DNA from: Guillardia theta CCMP2712
Taxonomy: Eukaryota > Protista > Cryptophyta
DNA length: 64,000 bases
Direction: 5' to 3'
Assembly (NCBI RefSeq): GCF_000315625.1
Contig: NW_005434666.1
Coordinates: 916,748 to 980,747, forward strand
Each line of letters begins with the position of its first letter. The stretch's first letter is position 1. Below are positions 1-12,577 of this stretch, piece by piece. The notes beneath the pieces were generated by a model. That model was not told the DNA's origin. It ran no database searches and saw only the letters and a program-made list of their open reading frames with translations. The position numbers and the translations under genes are program-made.

Positions 1-226
1 TACTATCCTACCCCCGGTTCATACATAGCCTGACACCCCACCCCCATTTCGTTCCACCCACCTCACTCCTTTGGACCCACTGCAACAAGGTGTTGACAGG
101 TGGGGGTATATACCCCTACCATATACCATCAGCATTTGATTCAGTATCAAAGCACCGGTAGTCTGAACACCCCACCCATCTGAATGTTTATACCAGGCCC
201 CGTTCGCTCCAAAATCACCTTTTACC

Positions 227-1498
227 ATGGCGGTTCGTTCCTTTGCCGCCGTGCGCTTTGTTCGAGCCGATGCGGAGGAGGGCTCGTCGTCCTCGCCCTC
301 CTCTGTCTACTACCCTCCTTCCGCCCCCTCTCCCTCTCGCTCTCCCTTCTCCTCCTCACGTCCGGAGGAGTCACCCACTTTTGTACGCTTCAATCCTGCG
401 ATGGTACGGAGGATTGGTCTTGCTGCCAGCGCTCACTTGACATTTTGCAGGACATGGACGAGGAGCAATGGGCTCCTCAAGCTTCCAACCAGGGAAGGTT
501 TCCCTCTCCTTCACTCAAGCGCACAAGAAGCCCGGGTCATCAGCGTGATTCGCTCAAGAGCCGATACAGGTTCGATATGCCCAAGTTGTTTTCGTAGCTA
601 AGGGTGTTCTCCATAGCCCAGGAAGACCAGGATCGCGGCGACATCAGAGATGGAGGAACGAGATGGATATGAGAGAGCCTCTTGACGAAGCTGAGCTTCG
701 AGAGCTGTTTTCCATGAATTGGAAGTCCAAATTTGAAGGTGAGGGACTTTGCGACATCTTCGCTGGCATCTGAGATGTGCTCGAATCCAGAGCTCTTCGA
801 GGGTGAAAACATGCAGCTCTGGAATGAGTTTTGCATGTGATCAGTTCTCGTGCTGGTGTGTGAGGGACTTGACTTTCGGGTAGGTCGAGTGAGGAGGAAC
901 AGCGAGCTATGCTGAAGACGATGAATCCTGAAGTGAAAGGTCCTACGAAGCTCAGCCCAACCGATGATCCGAAGTACTTCCATGCGCACAATATCGCAAC
1001 ACTTATGGATGCTTGCTTGTAGGATGCTGTTCAATCGTTTGGATAGAAGAGTGAAGACTCTCTTAAAGGTTTGGAAGTTTCATTCTGGTTGAAGCATCCT
1101 TGATATCATGTGCAGAAAGGAGTTGCGAGAGATTTTGTCATTGAGTTCGAGACGGCATTGTGCAAGCTTTTGCATCCCAGCAAGTACATGGACGTCAAGG
1201 ACGACGAAAAGGAAGCAACACTTGAAGTTCATTCCTCAAGCACAGGAGCTTCTGTGGTGCTCCAGGACTCCATGAAGAGAATGCTGGCGCATGCAATCTG
1301 TCTATTTCACTCAGTGCAGGTCTGTCAGTTTGTTTGTGTTTGCTTCATAGGATTGATAAGTCGTACTAGAGCTTCACTCGGGACAGCAAGGAGACCAAGG
1401 GAGAGAAGCGTCTTATCATGTCTTGGAACAGAGAAGAGTATGCCTCGTCCGTTCACCCGCGAAAGCTCCTGCATGAGTACCTGGAGGAGATCGGATAG
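227..1498 (+). CDS. R3H-domain protein, R3HDM4-like (multi-exon)
   Basis: Spliced reading gives GSRRHQRWRNE...QLWNEFCMSSEEEQRAML...LFNRLDRRVKTLLK...LQDSMKRMLAHAICLFHSVQSFT...KLLHEYLEEIG*. This is an R3H motif (R-x3-H: RMLAH) with the R3H-associated N-terminal region typical of R3HDM4. Confidence 0.75.
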
Positions 1499-1591
1499 TC
1501 AGACATGACACGCGCAAGGATAACCTGACACTCTGTTTTGATCCTTTTCTTGATTTTTATTAATTAAGAACTCAAAAGAGGCCAACGAGTG

Positions 1592-4500
1592 TTATTCGAG
1601 GTTGTGGTGTTGGAGGAAACTGAGCTTCAGGAGCTTATCGGCGTTCAGTCGCTTCTCGGCCTTGACCTCGAAGCACTTGTCAAGAAAGTCCTTGACGGCA
1701 TGTGACTGCGCCATCACACTCGGCTCTTCCGCGTACTTGAGGACAAACTTGCGAAGGTCAGTCTTGGCCCAATCAGCGAAGATGCGCTGTGGAACAGAGA
1801 CGGGTTCGAAGATGTTGTTTCCTCGGAAGAGGAAGGGGCCTGACGCCTTGCCAGTTATCATCTCCGTCACGATGCAGCCGAGCGACCACACGTCGATCTT
1901 GCCCACCATGTCATCGTTGACGATGCGCAAGTCCCGCAGCTGAGGGTGGTTGGCGCTCCCACTCCCCATCTGCCTGTGCACGATCCACTCAGGGGCTGCG
2001 AACCCGATGGTGAACTTCTCGCTGTCCCTCCTCGCCTTCACGTCCTCAAAGGTACATGCCTCACCCATGTCCGCGATCTTTACCTTCGCTCCGTTGCCTG
2101 AGAGGAGGATGTTGGTGGGCTTCAGGTCCCTGTGGACTATCTTTCTTTCGTGCAGGTGCTTCAGCCCGCACACGATCTGCCTCGTGTAGTTTCTTGCTGT
2201 CTTCAGCACGATGCAAGGCTGTCCCTGCTTCATGTTCCCGCTCAGGCTCTTGATAAGATCGTCCAGCGTCCCCTCTGGGCAGTACTCCATGAAGATGAAG
2301 ACCTTGTCCGGCATCTGCTGCACGCCGTAGAACTGGATGATGTTGGAATGGTAGCCAATCTTTTGCATGATCTCTGCCTCCTTCGACTTCATCCCCGTCG
2401 ACTTCTGCTTCTTCACCGCAACGAACTCCATGCTCTGCCAGAACTGCACTCGATACACCTCAGCGTTGCCTCCCTCCCCAAGCTTCTTCCCCAGCGTCCA
2501 GGTCCATTGCAGGCTCTGACCCTGTCCGATGAGATCCTTCCTCTTCTCGTAGCACTCCCTCTCCCTGAGCTGGCCGAGCTTCAGCGACCTCAACTGCTCC
2601 TCCGCGAGCTTCTTCTCCAAGTCCTCGATGCTCCAGGAGGTGTCGGGTCGAACGCCGTTCCTCACCGGTCTTGTCCTCGGGCTCCCATCGCCTTCCGTTC
2701 GGGTCAGGCTCTGACTCTTTCGCTGCAAGCTTGCAAGGACGGACATCCCCCACAGCCTCGCTGCCTTCCACGAGGTCTGTGAGCTGCCGGTGTCTGCGAG
2801 ACAGACAACTTCATAACAAGAGTGAAACGTCGACCAGCTCGAGATCTCCTCCTCCGAGGTCTCGTCTGCATCGGTGAAGAACAACTTGAAACTTTCTTCG
2901 ACGTTGTTGAGAACGTTCTTCTCTACAACTTGTACCCAAAAATCCCATTCCTCCTCCTGTAGATCAGGGAGAGCAAGTCTCAACGCTTTCACGAAGTACT
3001 GAAACCGAGTCTGCCTGAGGCTGGTAGAGGACTTCACCTCCAAGTGAAAATTCTTCATGTCTCCTCGCTCAAACAGCGAGTTCTCTCGTGGACGGGACTT
3101 GATGGGCGAGCGAGTGGGAGAGGCTCGGAGATCCCTCGGCAACACTTGAACCGCAGTAACGTCTGTGAGAGCCAAGTGATCGGCAAGTTGGTCGAGACAA
3201 GAGAAGGTCAGGTCATGGAGCTTCGAGACTTGCTGCTGGATACGATCCTTTATCTCCTGCCAGAAAGTGAAGCAGGAAGATTCGCAGTGAAGGTATTTCT
3301 GCAGGAAAGAGATCCACGACTTGAACTGCAATGACACTTGGAGGATATACTTGCAGCATGCATGCAGCTCGACGTCCTTTGCATGTCTTCGCATCTCTCC
3401 TGATGACTGAAAGACATGTTGAAAGCTTTCTAGCTGGTCGCAAGCACACCTTCCAATCCTTGCTGTCATCTTCAAGAAGAGGACAGATGCGGCAAAGTCG
3501 GAGCTGTCAACCTTGCTGATCATCAACGCAAAGTTGAGCAGGGAGAAGACGTCGTTGATCTCGTCCTCTCGCGCAGCGATCTTGCAGACGGGAGTACAAG
3601 GCCCTTGGAGGAAGAGCACAGTAGCGCGCGCGAGCTGCGGGATCTCCTGCTCCCAGAACTCCTTCAAGGACCTCTCAAGCTGCTTCGACGACACTTGCGA
3701 GGAAGAAGAGAGATGGCGCTTGATCAGGACATCGTTGTTGACCCGCAGAATAGCTCCGATCATCTCCACGCTGGATCTCGCCAAGAAGCCCTCGGGCTCG
3801 AAGTGGTCGAAGGTGAGAGGGTTGCAGGGGAGGAAGTTGGAGATGCTGGAGTAGAACTTGGCGGAGGAGCGGAGGAGCTGGAGGTACTCGGAGATCTTGT
3901 AGGAAGCGCTTTGCTCGTCAGGGTTGCCTGAGTTGCTGACGAGGTTGGGGCGGGAAGAGATGATCCTCTGCAGGATCTCAAAGGGCTTCCAGCAGATGGC
4001 ATGCATCAGGCTACAGGAGCAGCCCGTCTGTCCAGATCCTCTCAACTCCCTCCCACCGCCTGCTAGACACTCTCCCGATCCATGAACAGAGCAAGGCTGT
4101 GGCGACGTTCCCAGGTTTGGGAGCCTGAGTTTTTCGAGACACTCGCAGAACCTGCCCGATCCGCATGCCATGATGCCCGATATGATGGACGACCGGCTGA
4201 GCCATTCTCTTCCTGAAAAGTCGAGCCTGCTCCTGTCGTTCAAGAACTCGTTCTTGAGAGATTGAAACGATCGAGAGCTCTGCAGTGTCCTCTCCAGCCC
4301 TTCCCGCGCTCCCAGAGAGGAGATCAAGTTCTCGACCTTCCTCTTGCTGCTCAGAAGTTCGTTCACGACCGGCAGCTCCTCCGGCTTGTAGTAGAGAGAG
4401 GAGATGGAGTAGAGGCTCGGGATCACGCCGTTCATTAAGACATCCAGGACTTCTCCCAGCGAGACATAGTGCAGCAGCCCGTCGAGATCGTATCTGCTCC

Positions 4501-5744
4501 ACTTGTCATTCTCCGCCAGCTCCGAGTACCGCTGCAGCACAGTCGAGCCCTGCCGCGCGGCATGCAGCCATGCTCTCAGGGTCTCCACGTGTGTGACAAA
4601 GGTGCTGCGGTCTTCCACCGAGCCCAAGCTGAACTCGGGCACGTGGTAGGCGACTGAGTTGGGAAGGTCGAGGATGGTTCGGAGCTTTGAGATCTTGTCG
4701 GAGTGTCTACGGTGGCCCGTCACGTAGGTGCAAGGATAGGAGTCTTCCACCGCATCGTCCAGCTTCTGCAGCAGCGCAGAGACAGTGTCGATCGCTTCGC
4801 TCAGGGAGGAGGTCTCGCAATGAAACTGTTTGATCTCGCAGATTATCCGATCCAACGCCTCCCTTGCAGCCTCGATCCTGGCTCGTTCACTCTGCTCTGC
4901 CGCGGAAGCTTTCATCCTCTTCGACTTTGGCTGCTTCCGCTGTCGCACCTCAGCCCTCAGTTGAATCCAGAAGTCCTCCGTAGCAAACAACACGTTCCGC
5001 TGGCAGACCGCCTGACTGTTGTTCAGCTTCTTGAGGAAGAGCTTGTCTTTCAGGCTGTCAAGCAGATCGAGTCGTCGATTCCTGTTCGCTTGCGAGATTA
5101 TCTGCAGCCAACAAGATTCAGAGAGATGTCGCAAAACATCTAAGTGAAGAACAGTACCGGCCGATGGGGAGAATCGTTGAGCAAGGTTGACGGCTGCTCA
5201 TGCAACCTACCGTCTTCGTTGTGAACGACGTTTCTGAACCTGTGGTACCTCCGCTTCTTGTCCTTTGACTTGCTCTTCGGACGCTCTTTGCTCGTAGGGG
5301 CCGACTGCTTCAAAGGTTTGGATCGACCTGGCGTTACAGCTATCCCTGGCCCCGGGAACGAATTCCTCTTCTTCCTGCTCACCGTGGCTGACACGGTGGA
5401 GACAGTAAAAGTCTGTCGAGTTGGTGCGAGACGCTCCTCTGCCTGCTCGGCATTGTACTGCAGGACATGCTCGTACGTAGAGTCGGGGCCCGCAGCCTTG
5501 CCCCCGTTTGCCATGTCCTGGCTAGACACCGGCGAGTTCTGCACCTCCCATTTCTTCACGGTCTCCCTGGTGCTCTGCAGATCATCCTTGGCTCCGTTGA
5601 TGTGCTGCTCGATCATCTCGATGACCAGACCTGCACCACCATCAGCGCGCTTGTGCACTGCTTGCCTTCCTTACATGGATCTTCCAGCTCCGACAGCCGC
5701 GGCTCACCCCTGACATACGCCTCTTGCTCTGAATCATCTTCCAT
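1592..5744 (-). CDS. Large Ser/Thr protein kinase, MAP3K (MEKK4/SSK2-like architecture), C-terminal kinase domain
   Basis: Main exon ORF 1592-5134 contains LGEGGNAEV, VAVK, HRDLKPTN, DMG, AAPE and DVWSLGC. Upstream exons join through GT-AG introns (about 5140-5210 and 5671-5707). Long helical N-terminal region. Confidence 0.88.
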
Positions 5745-5871
5745 GGAGCTCGCATACAGATGCTCCTCAGTGTGATGTCCCGTGCTCCTCTGCCGCTTCC
5801 TTCGTCTCAACCAGCGCCATCTATCAGGTAGTTAGTAGATCAAAGAGTCTTCCTGCCTGACTGCCAGGCTG

Positions 5872-6045
5872 CCTTTTCCTGTTTGCCTTCCCTTTCCTTT
5901 CCTGTTTTCCTTCCCTTCCCTTCCCTTTCCTGTTTTCCTTCCCTTCCCTTCCCTTCCCTTTCCTTTCCTGTTTTCCTTTCCTTCCCTTCCCTTCCCTTTC
6001 CTTTCCTGTTTTCCTTTCCTTTCCTTTCCTTTCCTTTTTCCTGAC
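5872..6045. repeat. Pyrimidine-rich degenerate (CCTTT/CCCTT/CCTGTTT)n tract
   Basis: Directly visible tandem degenerate pentamers. Confidence 0.9.
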
Positions 6046-6515
6046 CCTCTCGCTATTCTTTCTTTTCCTAAGAGATAAGAATGCTTTCTTGAATTCCTTG
6101 CGTCCTGAGGTCCACTCCTGCTATGTTCTCTACCTTTCTTCTCTGCTTTGACCCTGCTCTGCTCCCTTCATTCCCTCCACCATCCCCCCCCCCCTCCCCA
6201 TCTCCCCATCTCTCCCTTCCTCCCTCCATACCTCCATTGATCCGACTGTTCTTGCATGCTGCATCGCTTTTCTCACCGTCTACTCCCTCCTCCTCCACCT
6301 CCTCCCTTCGTTCCCTCCTGCCCAAGTCCAGACCACCCCACCCCTACCCCTTTCAAGGCCTCTGTTTTTAATCCCCAGTACCCTGAAATTTGAGCGACAG
6401 AAATTGAAACACTTCAATGGCGGGTAAGTGGAGGTGGGGAAGGAATACAGAGAGGAGGGAGGGAGGGAGGGAGGGAGGGAGGGGGGGGGGGGGGGGGGGG
6501 GGGAGGGAGGGAGGA

Positions 6516-6615
6516 NNNNNNNNNNNNNNNNNNNNNNNNNNNNNNNNNNNNNNNNNNNNNNNNNNNNNNNNNNNNNNNNNNNNNNNNNNNNNNNNNNNNN
6601 NNNNNNNNNNNNNNN
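6516..6615. other. Assembly gap (100 N) flanked by poly-G/(GGGA)n and (GGA)n
   Basis: Run of N. Confidence 0.99.
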
Positions 6616-6637
6616 TTTATGATGATGATTGGACGTC

Positions 6638-6727
6638 GAGGAGGAGGAGGAGGAGGAGGAGGAGGAGGAGGAGGAGGAGGAGGAGGAGGAGGAGGAGGAG
6701 GAGGAGGAGGAGGAGGAGGAGGAGGAG
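6638..6727. repeat. (GGA)n microsatellite
   Basis: About 30 perfect GGA units. Confidence 0.95.
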
Positions 6728-6802
6728 AGCAGAGTGTCACAGACAAAGGAAATATGATCATAGAGGTTGAGGAAAGGATCCGCAGGACTCGAAGCAGTAG
6801 CA

Positions 6803-9800
6803 ATGAGAGAGATGCGCAGGAGGATCAGGACGAGAAGGAGCATCGGGAGGAGCAGGAGCAGGAGCAGGATCAACATCATCAGAGATTGTGGTGATACCAG
6901 CACGAGGATCAGCAGGAAGAGGAGGCAGAGAATGCCGCGGACTCGAGTTTGCATTACGGACTTCGACTAACTGATGATCAGGAGTGGGAGTTTAGGAGAA
7001 TCTCAACAATCAGCTGGCATGTCATCAGGATACGAGGAGCCTGAGAAGCTGATGAGGAACCACCTCGAGTTCCAGAAGCTTCTTGACCAGATTTCCGAGC
7101 AGGTTGTCAGGCCGCCCCGTTCCCTGCCTGCATTGTGTAACATTACCTGCAGACGGAGATCAGTCAAGCAACTTCGCCGAGTCGAGACTTGAGGACTCCC
7201 GGGCCGAGCGAGTAAGGGAGGGTGTGCTGGGACTGAGCGCTGCACTGACTCTCATGCTCCAGAAAATCCAGTCTTGAGTTGGGCAGAGGTCACTTTGAAA
7301 GGTCCCGGCTGCATCGCTCCGATCCGGGGCATCGAGCTTTTCCAGGTCGACAAAGCCTTTGTCGACCCACCTCACGTTGAAGGCTAGCTGCAGATGGTCA
7401 GAATCTGGCTGTCCAGAGCGAGATAGACATGTTGAGGAACATTCAAGCAGCCAGGTCCACTTTTTCTGAGCAGCGCAAGGCGATGAATGTCAGGATCCAG
7501 CCTCCTCCTCCTCCTCTCTCGCTGACTCTGCCGCAAAGGACTCGAGCTGGAAGAACGAAACAAACCGAAGGCCTTTGAATGAGGGCAGCAACGGAAATGG
7601 CTACGTGGGAATGGAGAAAGAGACGCAGCTTTACACCGAACTCGGTTACCTGGTCCAGGTAATGCGGAACGGAGTGTAAAAGGTGCATTGAAGCCCTCTT
7701 GTAGGAAAGAGACATCTTGATCAAGGAGCGGAATGCCCTTCAAGTCATTCTCAACAGAGCATCTGATGAAATCAAGCATCTTGTCTCCGGTCTGAGCGGA
7801 GACAGGTCTGCAAGATGGTTGATCTCGAGCTTTTGTGCAGGGGAGCAAAGGCACGTTGAGGAGCTGAAGAGTTGGGTCAAGCAAAGAGACCAACTCAATC
7901 GCGACAAGATCCAGCTTGAAGTTCGTGCGTCTGATGATGCAGATGTGGTCTGAATCTCAACAGGAGAAACTGCAAGCTGCACAGAAATACAGAACACAAC
8001 TTGATGATTTGCAAGTAAGTTGCTCGTGAAGACCCGAGAGAATACCTATCTTATTGATTTTCTTCGAAAGTTACAACACAGACACGATAAGATCGCTTGG
8101 GAAGAAGAGGTAGTCTTTCCCTCGTACTTGTTCTCCGAGCTCACTCACCAAAGATCCGAACGATGTTGGCGAACAAATCTGAAGCAGAGAGAAGGGCTGA
8201 TTCATACATGCGGTATGCCGGTCAGGATAATCTTCACCACCTTTTGACTCAATTTGTCTCTCAGGGAAATTGAGAACTTGAAATCGAAAGTAGAGGAGAA
8301 AACGAACGAGCTGTCTAAAGTCTGAACGACCTTGCAAGAAGTTGCTCTGATGCTTTTGGGGGAACAGAGCCACTCTTCCAAGGAATCTCTTGCCCAGAAA
8401 ATTTCAAATCTGGAGGATACGGTGAAATTATCCATGGCGAGCAAAGCTGTTGACTGCTTGCAAGATTGGCTGGAAGGACAAAGAAATCAATCGGCTGGAA
8501 GACGAAGTCTGCAGACTGAGGTAGGCCAGAGAGTGCTTTCTTTCTTGTGGTGAAATGTTCCTGCAGAAGTGATTGTGCTTCAGCGTTCCAGGGCAAGGTT
8601 GATATTCAGGTGTTGATTTCAAGAAGCATCAAAAACTTCTTCTGAATATGACGATGTTGGATAAATTATCAACAGAGAGAAGTCGATCGCAACCATGCAC
8701 AGTTGGATGAGCTGCAATACCGCTATCAAAGCCTTGAGAGCAACTTGTTGGAGGCCCGACGATGACGTGAAGGTTTCTGACATTTGGGCAGGCAGGACGC
8801 AAGTGATGCGTACAGAGAGTTGGAGAGAGAGCGCGATTCTCTGCTCCTTCAGTTGGGTGAGTAGTATACCTGGATGATGCAGCTTGACACAAGAATGCTC
8901 AGCTGCCGATCGAGAGGGAAGGATCCAAGAGATGACGGAGGATCAGAACGAGCGGAATAGGCTCACCATGGAGCTGAGAAATGCGCAAGAGTAGAAAGTG
9001 ACTGGCCCTGATCGGCGACCATTGATGCTTGCGTGTTGTTTTACAGAGAGCTTCATCGGGTAGTTGATGCCAATCATGGCATGCAGAGTGTAATCCAGGT
9101 GAAAGTTTTATTTGTTTCTTGGCCTTTCTGATGAGCAACAAAGGAGAAAGATGAGATCATCGCAAGGATGTCGCAAGATCTAGAAAGTTTTCAGACTCAC
9201 GTCAGTTACCTTGAAGGGAAGGTGAAGGAGCAGGAGGTGAACTCAGACTCTCATTTCTCCCCTCATTGAGCGTTGAACTTGTTCTCACTTCGACAGTATG
9301 AGATTTTCGCCACGAAGGAGGAGCTCATGGGTGTACACAACGAAAATCACAACAACTACGAGAAGTGCTCTTGCCTTCTCCAGGACCTTGCGAGAGCGAA
9401 GGAGCAAATCTGTACCTCCTCCGTGTCTTCATCCCCTGAGATCTCTGAGCGTTTCGTGCAGCGTCGATCAAGTCTGAAAAGGAGAGGCTGGAGAAGGAGA
9501 TGAGGAAATTCTCGGCAGAGCGCGATGAATGGGCGGCGCATCAGGTACCCGCTGGCGCTCCTGGAGAGCCCTCTGACGCGCATGACCCTTTCCTTAGGCC
9601 TTCCTCCTCGACAACGTGATCGCGTCGTCGTCGTCGTCTCATCGTCAAACGTCGAAGGCTTCTCCTCCTTCAAGCAGCTGGAAAGAATCTCCGAAGGAGG
9701 ATGATACGTTTCATGTTGAGCGGTCAAGCAGCAAATCGTCCCTTCCTCCACCCAGGGAAGTCCAGAGACCGTCTCCTGTCACCAGCCGAAGTCTCGCCGT

Positions 9801-10551
9801 CCAGCAAGAACTCCACAACAGAAGTCGGAAGATGCAGGCTTTGTCAACTCAAGCAGGTACCAACAAACCCAGAAGCTCTTCTTCCTTCTCTCCCCCTCTC
9901 TCCCTCTCCTTCTCCCTCCTTCCTCCATCCTCGCACCTGTCTCTTAATACCTCACTGCTGCATCAGAGTATCTTCGCGGTCTCGTGGAGCGATGTGAAGC
10001 GAATCCGTCCTCGTATGCTGCGTCGGAGCTTCTACTCCAGGTAGATGAACATACCGTTGCACAGCTGCACAACATACATGTCTTAATGCTGCGGCAAGTT
10101 TGACATGCACTCGAGTTGAACGATGCTCTCGTGCTCAGTGATTCATATCAGCCCTGACGTGTTGCAGACGCACAGGACTCTGGTAGAGCTTGACAGGAAC
10201 ACGGCAGCCGGTGAGAATGGCGAAGCCTTCAAGCTGGTTGACTTGCGTCGGGGCAGAAAAATCCAACTTACAGGAAGCGCAGGCGAAGGTGAAGGAAGTG
10301 ACATTGTCGGAGGCTACCGACGTGCTCTCAGTGGCATGGAGGGCTATGGCGTTGCCGATTTCACATTGTTGCACGGACGAGGATCTGCAGAGCAAGTGCC
10401 TGGCGCTTCTTACGAGCCTACAGGTTTGTTCCTCTCGCCGTGCCGGTTAGAGACAGCAGCTGATGATGGACCAGGAACGTTGGAACATCTAGGGAGGGAG
10501 AGGGAGGGAGCAAGAAAGCAAGTGGAACAATCACTTCGAATTTTTCTTTAA
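6803..10551 (+). CDS. Multi-exon coiled-coil protein of unknown function (start uncertain)
   Basis: Many short E/K/Q/L-rich heptad exons separated by ~50 nt GT-AG introns (e.g. LMRNHLEFQKLLDQISEQ, EELKSWVKQRDQLNRDKIQLE, EIENLKSKVEEKTNEL, EKSNLQEAQAKVKEV). Confidence 0.6.
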
Positions 10552-10589
10552 TTCCGAGACGAAATGCAAGGAAGTGTAAGCTAGCCGGC

Positions 10590-10837
10590 TCATGAGAAGC
10601 CGTACTTGTTCAGCACTGAGATGACTCCCTTGGCGCTTGACTGGCGTGCTATGCTCAGAGGCGTCTCTCCACTCTGAGTTCTTGCCGCGCCGTCTGCTCC
10701 AGCCTTGAGCAGGGCCTCTGCACCTGCCAACCATGTGACTTGCGGAGGACCAGGAAGGGAAGGCAGGCGGAGGAAGAGCGCGTGTGTCTCGGTTGGTGTG
10801 GAGGAGCAGGAGCAGGAGCAGGAGCAGGAGCGAGAGA

Positions 10838-10909
<72 letters not shown>

Positions 10910-11794
10910 GAGAGCAGGAGCAGGAGCAAGAGCAACAGCAAGAAAAAAGGTCACCAATGTCGAGATTGTTGGACGCCATCCTATGGAGGGGCCTATATCC
11001 ATAGGTATCCTGTCGGAGCATGTCAGAGAACTTCACTGGTGAGATTGACATCAACTCGCCTCTGCCTCGATGTTGCCCCCGCTGGCTATCAACAGCCTAA
11101 AAGGAAGGGTTCAGAGGAGCTTCACGGTGGAGGAGGGAAGCAAGGAGCTAGCTCACTCTGTAGACAGCTGGTTCTTCCGGCTCATGCCTGCCATGTGGAG
11201 AGGAGTAGCGCCACCTGTTCGAGACTCAACCTCCTCCTCGTCCCATTCGCCGCATGCTGACCTGTCGAGATCTCGTGGACGAGCGAGGGGTCAAGCTCAA
11301 GCAGCTTCTTGACAGCTTCTGGCCCCGAGGACAGTGCCCTGCTCATCTCCGTATAGCCTTCGCCAGAGTAGATGGGACCCGGCCGAGGGTTATGGTTCTG
11401 ATATTGCCGGCCAATGAGGACCTTTCCTTGCGCATCGCGCTTCACCTTGCCGCCTGCGCACGCGCGTCAAGTGTCTCACAGCACAATGGGATAGAGGTCT
11501 CACCATAGATGCCCGGACCAACAGTGTCTGCATACGGATCGAAGCCGTCCGAGTCTGTCTCTCCAGGGGCACCATACTTGTCGGCCATACCGGGAGAATA
11601 GGGATCGTGGACGATACGAACGCCGTCTTTGCGATAGTACTGAGACCCATTTGCAGACATTCTTGCTGTTGCGCAGAAAAGAACAAAGGCTTGAACTCCA
11701 GGACCTGCAACTGTTCGATTCCAATCATGAGCGAAACAACAATCCGATCACTTCACTCCAGTCTAGCTGTTCTCAAAATCCGAATCTTCTCCAT
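10590..11794 (-). CDS. Ankyrin-repeat protein with a Pro/Gly/Asp/Tyr-rich N-terminal domain
   Basis: Ankyrin motifs GGATPLHMAG, DTYGYRPLHRMASNN and GETPLSIAR. The N-terminus contains HDPYSPGMADKYGAPGETDSDGFDPYADTVGPGIYG. The start is uncertain (possibly Met at 11660). Confidence 0.8.
10800..10935. repeat. (GCAGGA)n hexamer microsatellite in an ankyrin-gene intron
   Basis: Visible tandem hexamer. Confidence 0.95.
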
Positions 11795-12234
11795 TTTGTG
11801 AACAATATGAAATTACTCACCTAATCAAAATCATTTCCTTTTATGACATGTTCGGGGCGCATAACAATCCTACCACTCCCCTATCAGATGAGACTCTGTG
11901 CAGATCGAAACAAACACTTCGAAACTTCGAATCCTCACACGAGGACTACAAGCATGAACTACAACCATCACTCCCGAAGATTTCCACACGGAAAGCATTC
12001 TTCTCTCATTGCTCTTCTCTCTTGCATTCTCCCTTCTCTCCTTCTCTTCCCCTTGCATCCCACTCGCTGCCATCACAATCGCCATGTTCGCACCTCTTCT
12101 CATTGACTCCCGTCGAAATTACCTCTACCCCTACCCCCTTTTATTCAACACTACCCACATATCACCCCATATTTATCCCGAATAATCACCGGTACTTATT
12201 CGAACCCCCCCCTTAATGCCACCCCGATAGTGGT

Positions 12235-12480
12235 ACGGTACTGGTGACGGACGCATAAAGAATGAGCTGCCACCGGGATGGCCCGGCGCTGCCCGTGCTC
12301 TCCCCGACAGTGGTACCGTACGGCACCGTCAAGGTCACCTCCGTACTCACGGTTTATGATGGCACTGTGATGGCATGAGGCCCTCAGACTCGCCGGGCGG
12401 CCGGTCCGGGCGGCCGCGGGATCCAGTGCGGGCCCACAATGTCCGATCATATGGCGTGCCGGGCAGTGCCGGGGAGGGCT
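12235..12480. other. GC-rich non-coding block of short palindromes
   Basis: Dense CCGG/GGCC/GTAC words (ggtacggtac, cgccgggcggccggtccgggcggccgcggg). Similar blocks occur at 33270-33520 and 47690-48230. Confidence 0.6.
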
Positions 12481-12577
12481 TCAAGTTCAATCTCCTTCAT
12501 TCAAGCCTCAGCGAGTGCATGAAACGGCATGTTCAGTCTGGCCATGTCGTGCACACAAGCATTTTAAACCACTGGAG

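Noticed and set aside
1602-5143. Long antisense ORFs opposite the kinase, SET, CHAT and phosphagen kinase genes
   Set aside because: These are the expected shadow ORFs of GC3-rich coding sequence and show no motifs.
5140-5157. Apparent 18-nt nucleomorph-like micro-intron (GTACTG...TTAG) in the kinase gene
   Set aside because: The phase is incompatible. A ~71-nt intron from the GTAGGT donor restores the frame.
6280-6970. Poly-Ser/Pro/Gly/Arg ORFs
   Set aside because: These are translations of (GGA)n and poly-G tracts and an N gap, not genes.
10531-11260. RS-, EQ-, GA- and AP-dipeptide ORFs resembling SR or silk proteins
   Set aside because: All six frames of an intronic (GCAGGA)n repeat are stop-free. 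The same applies at 24.6, 35.3 and 41.0 kb.
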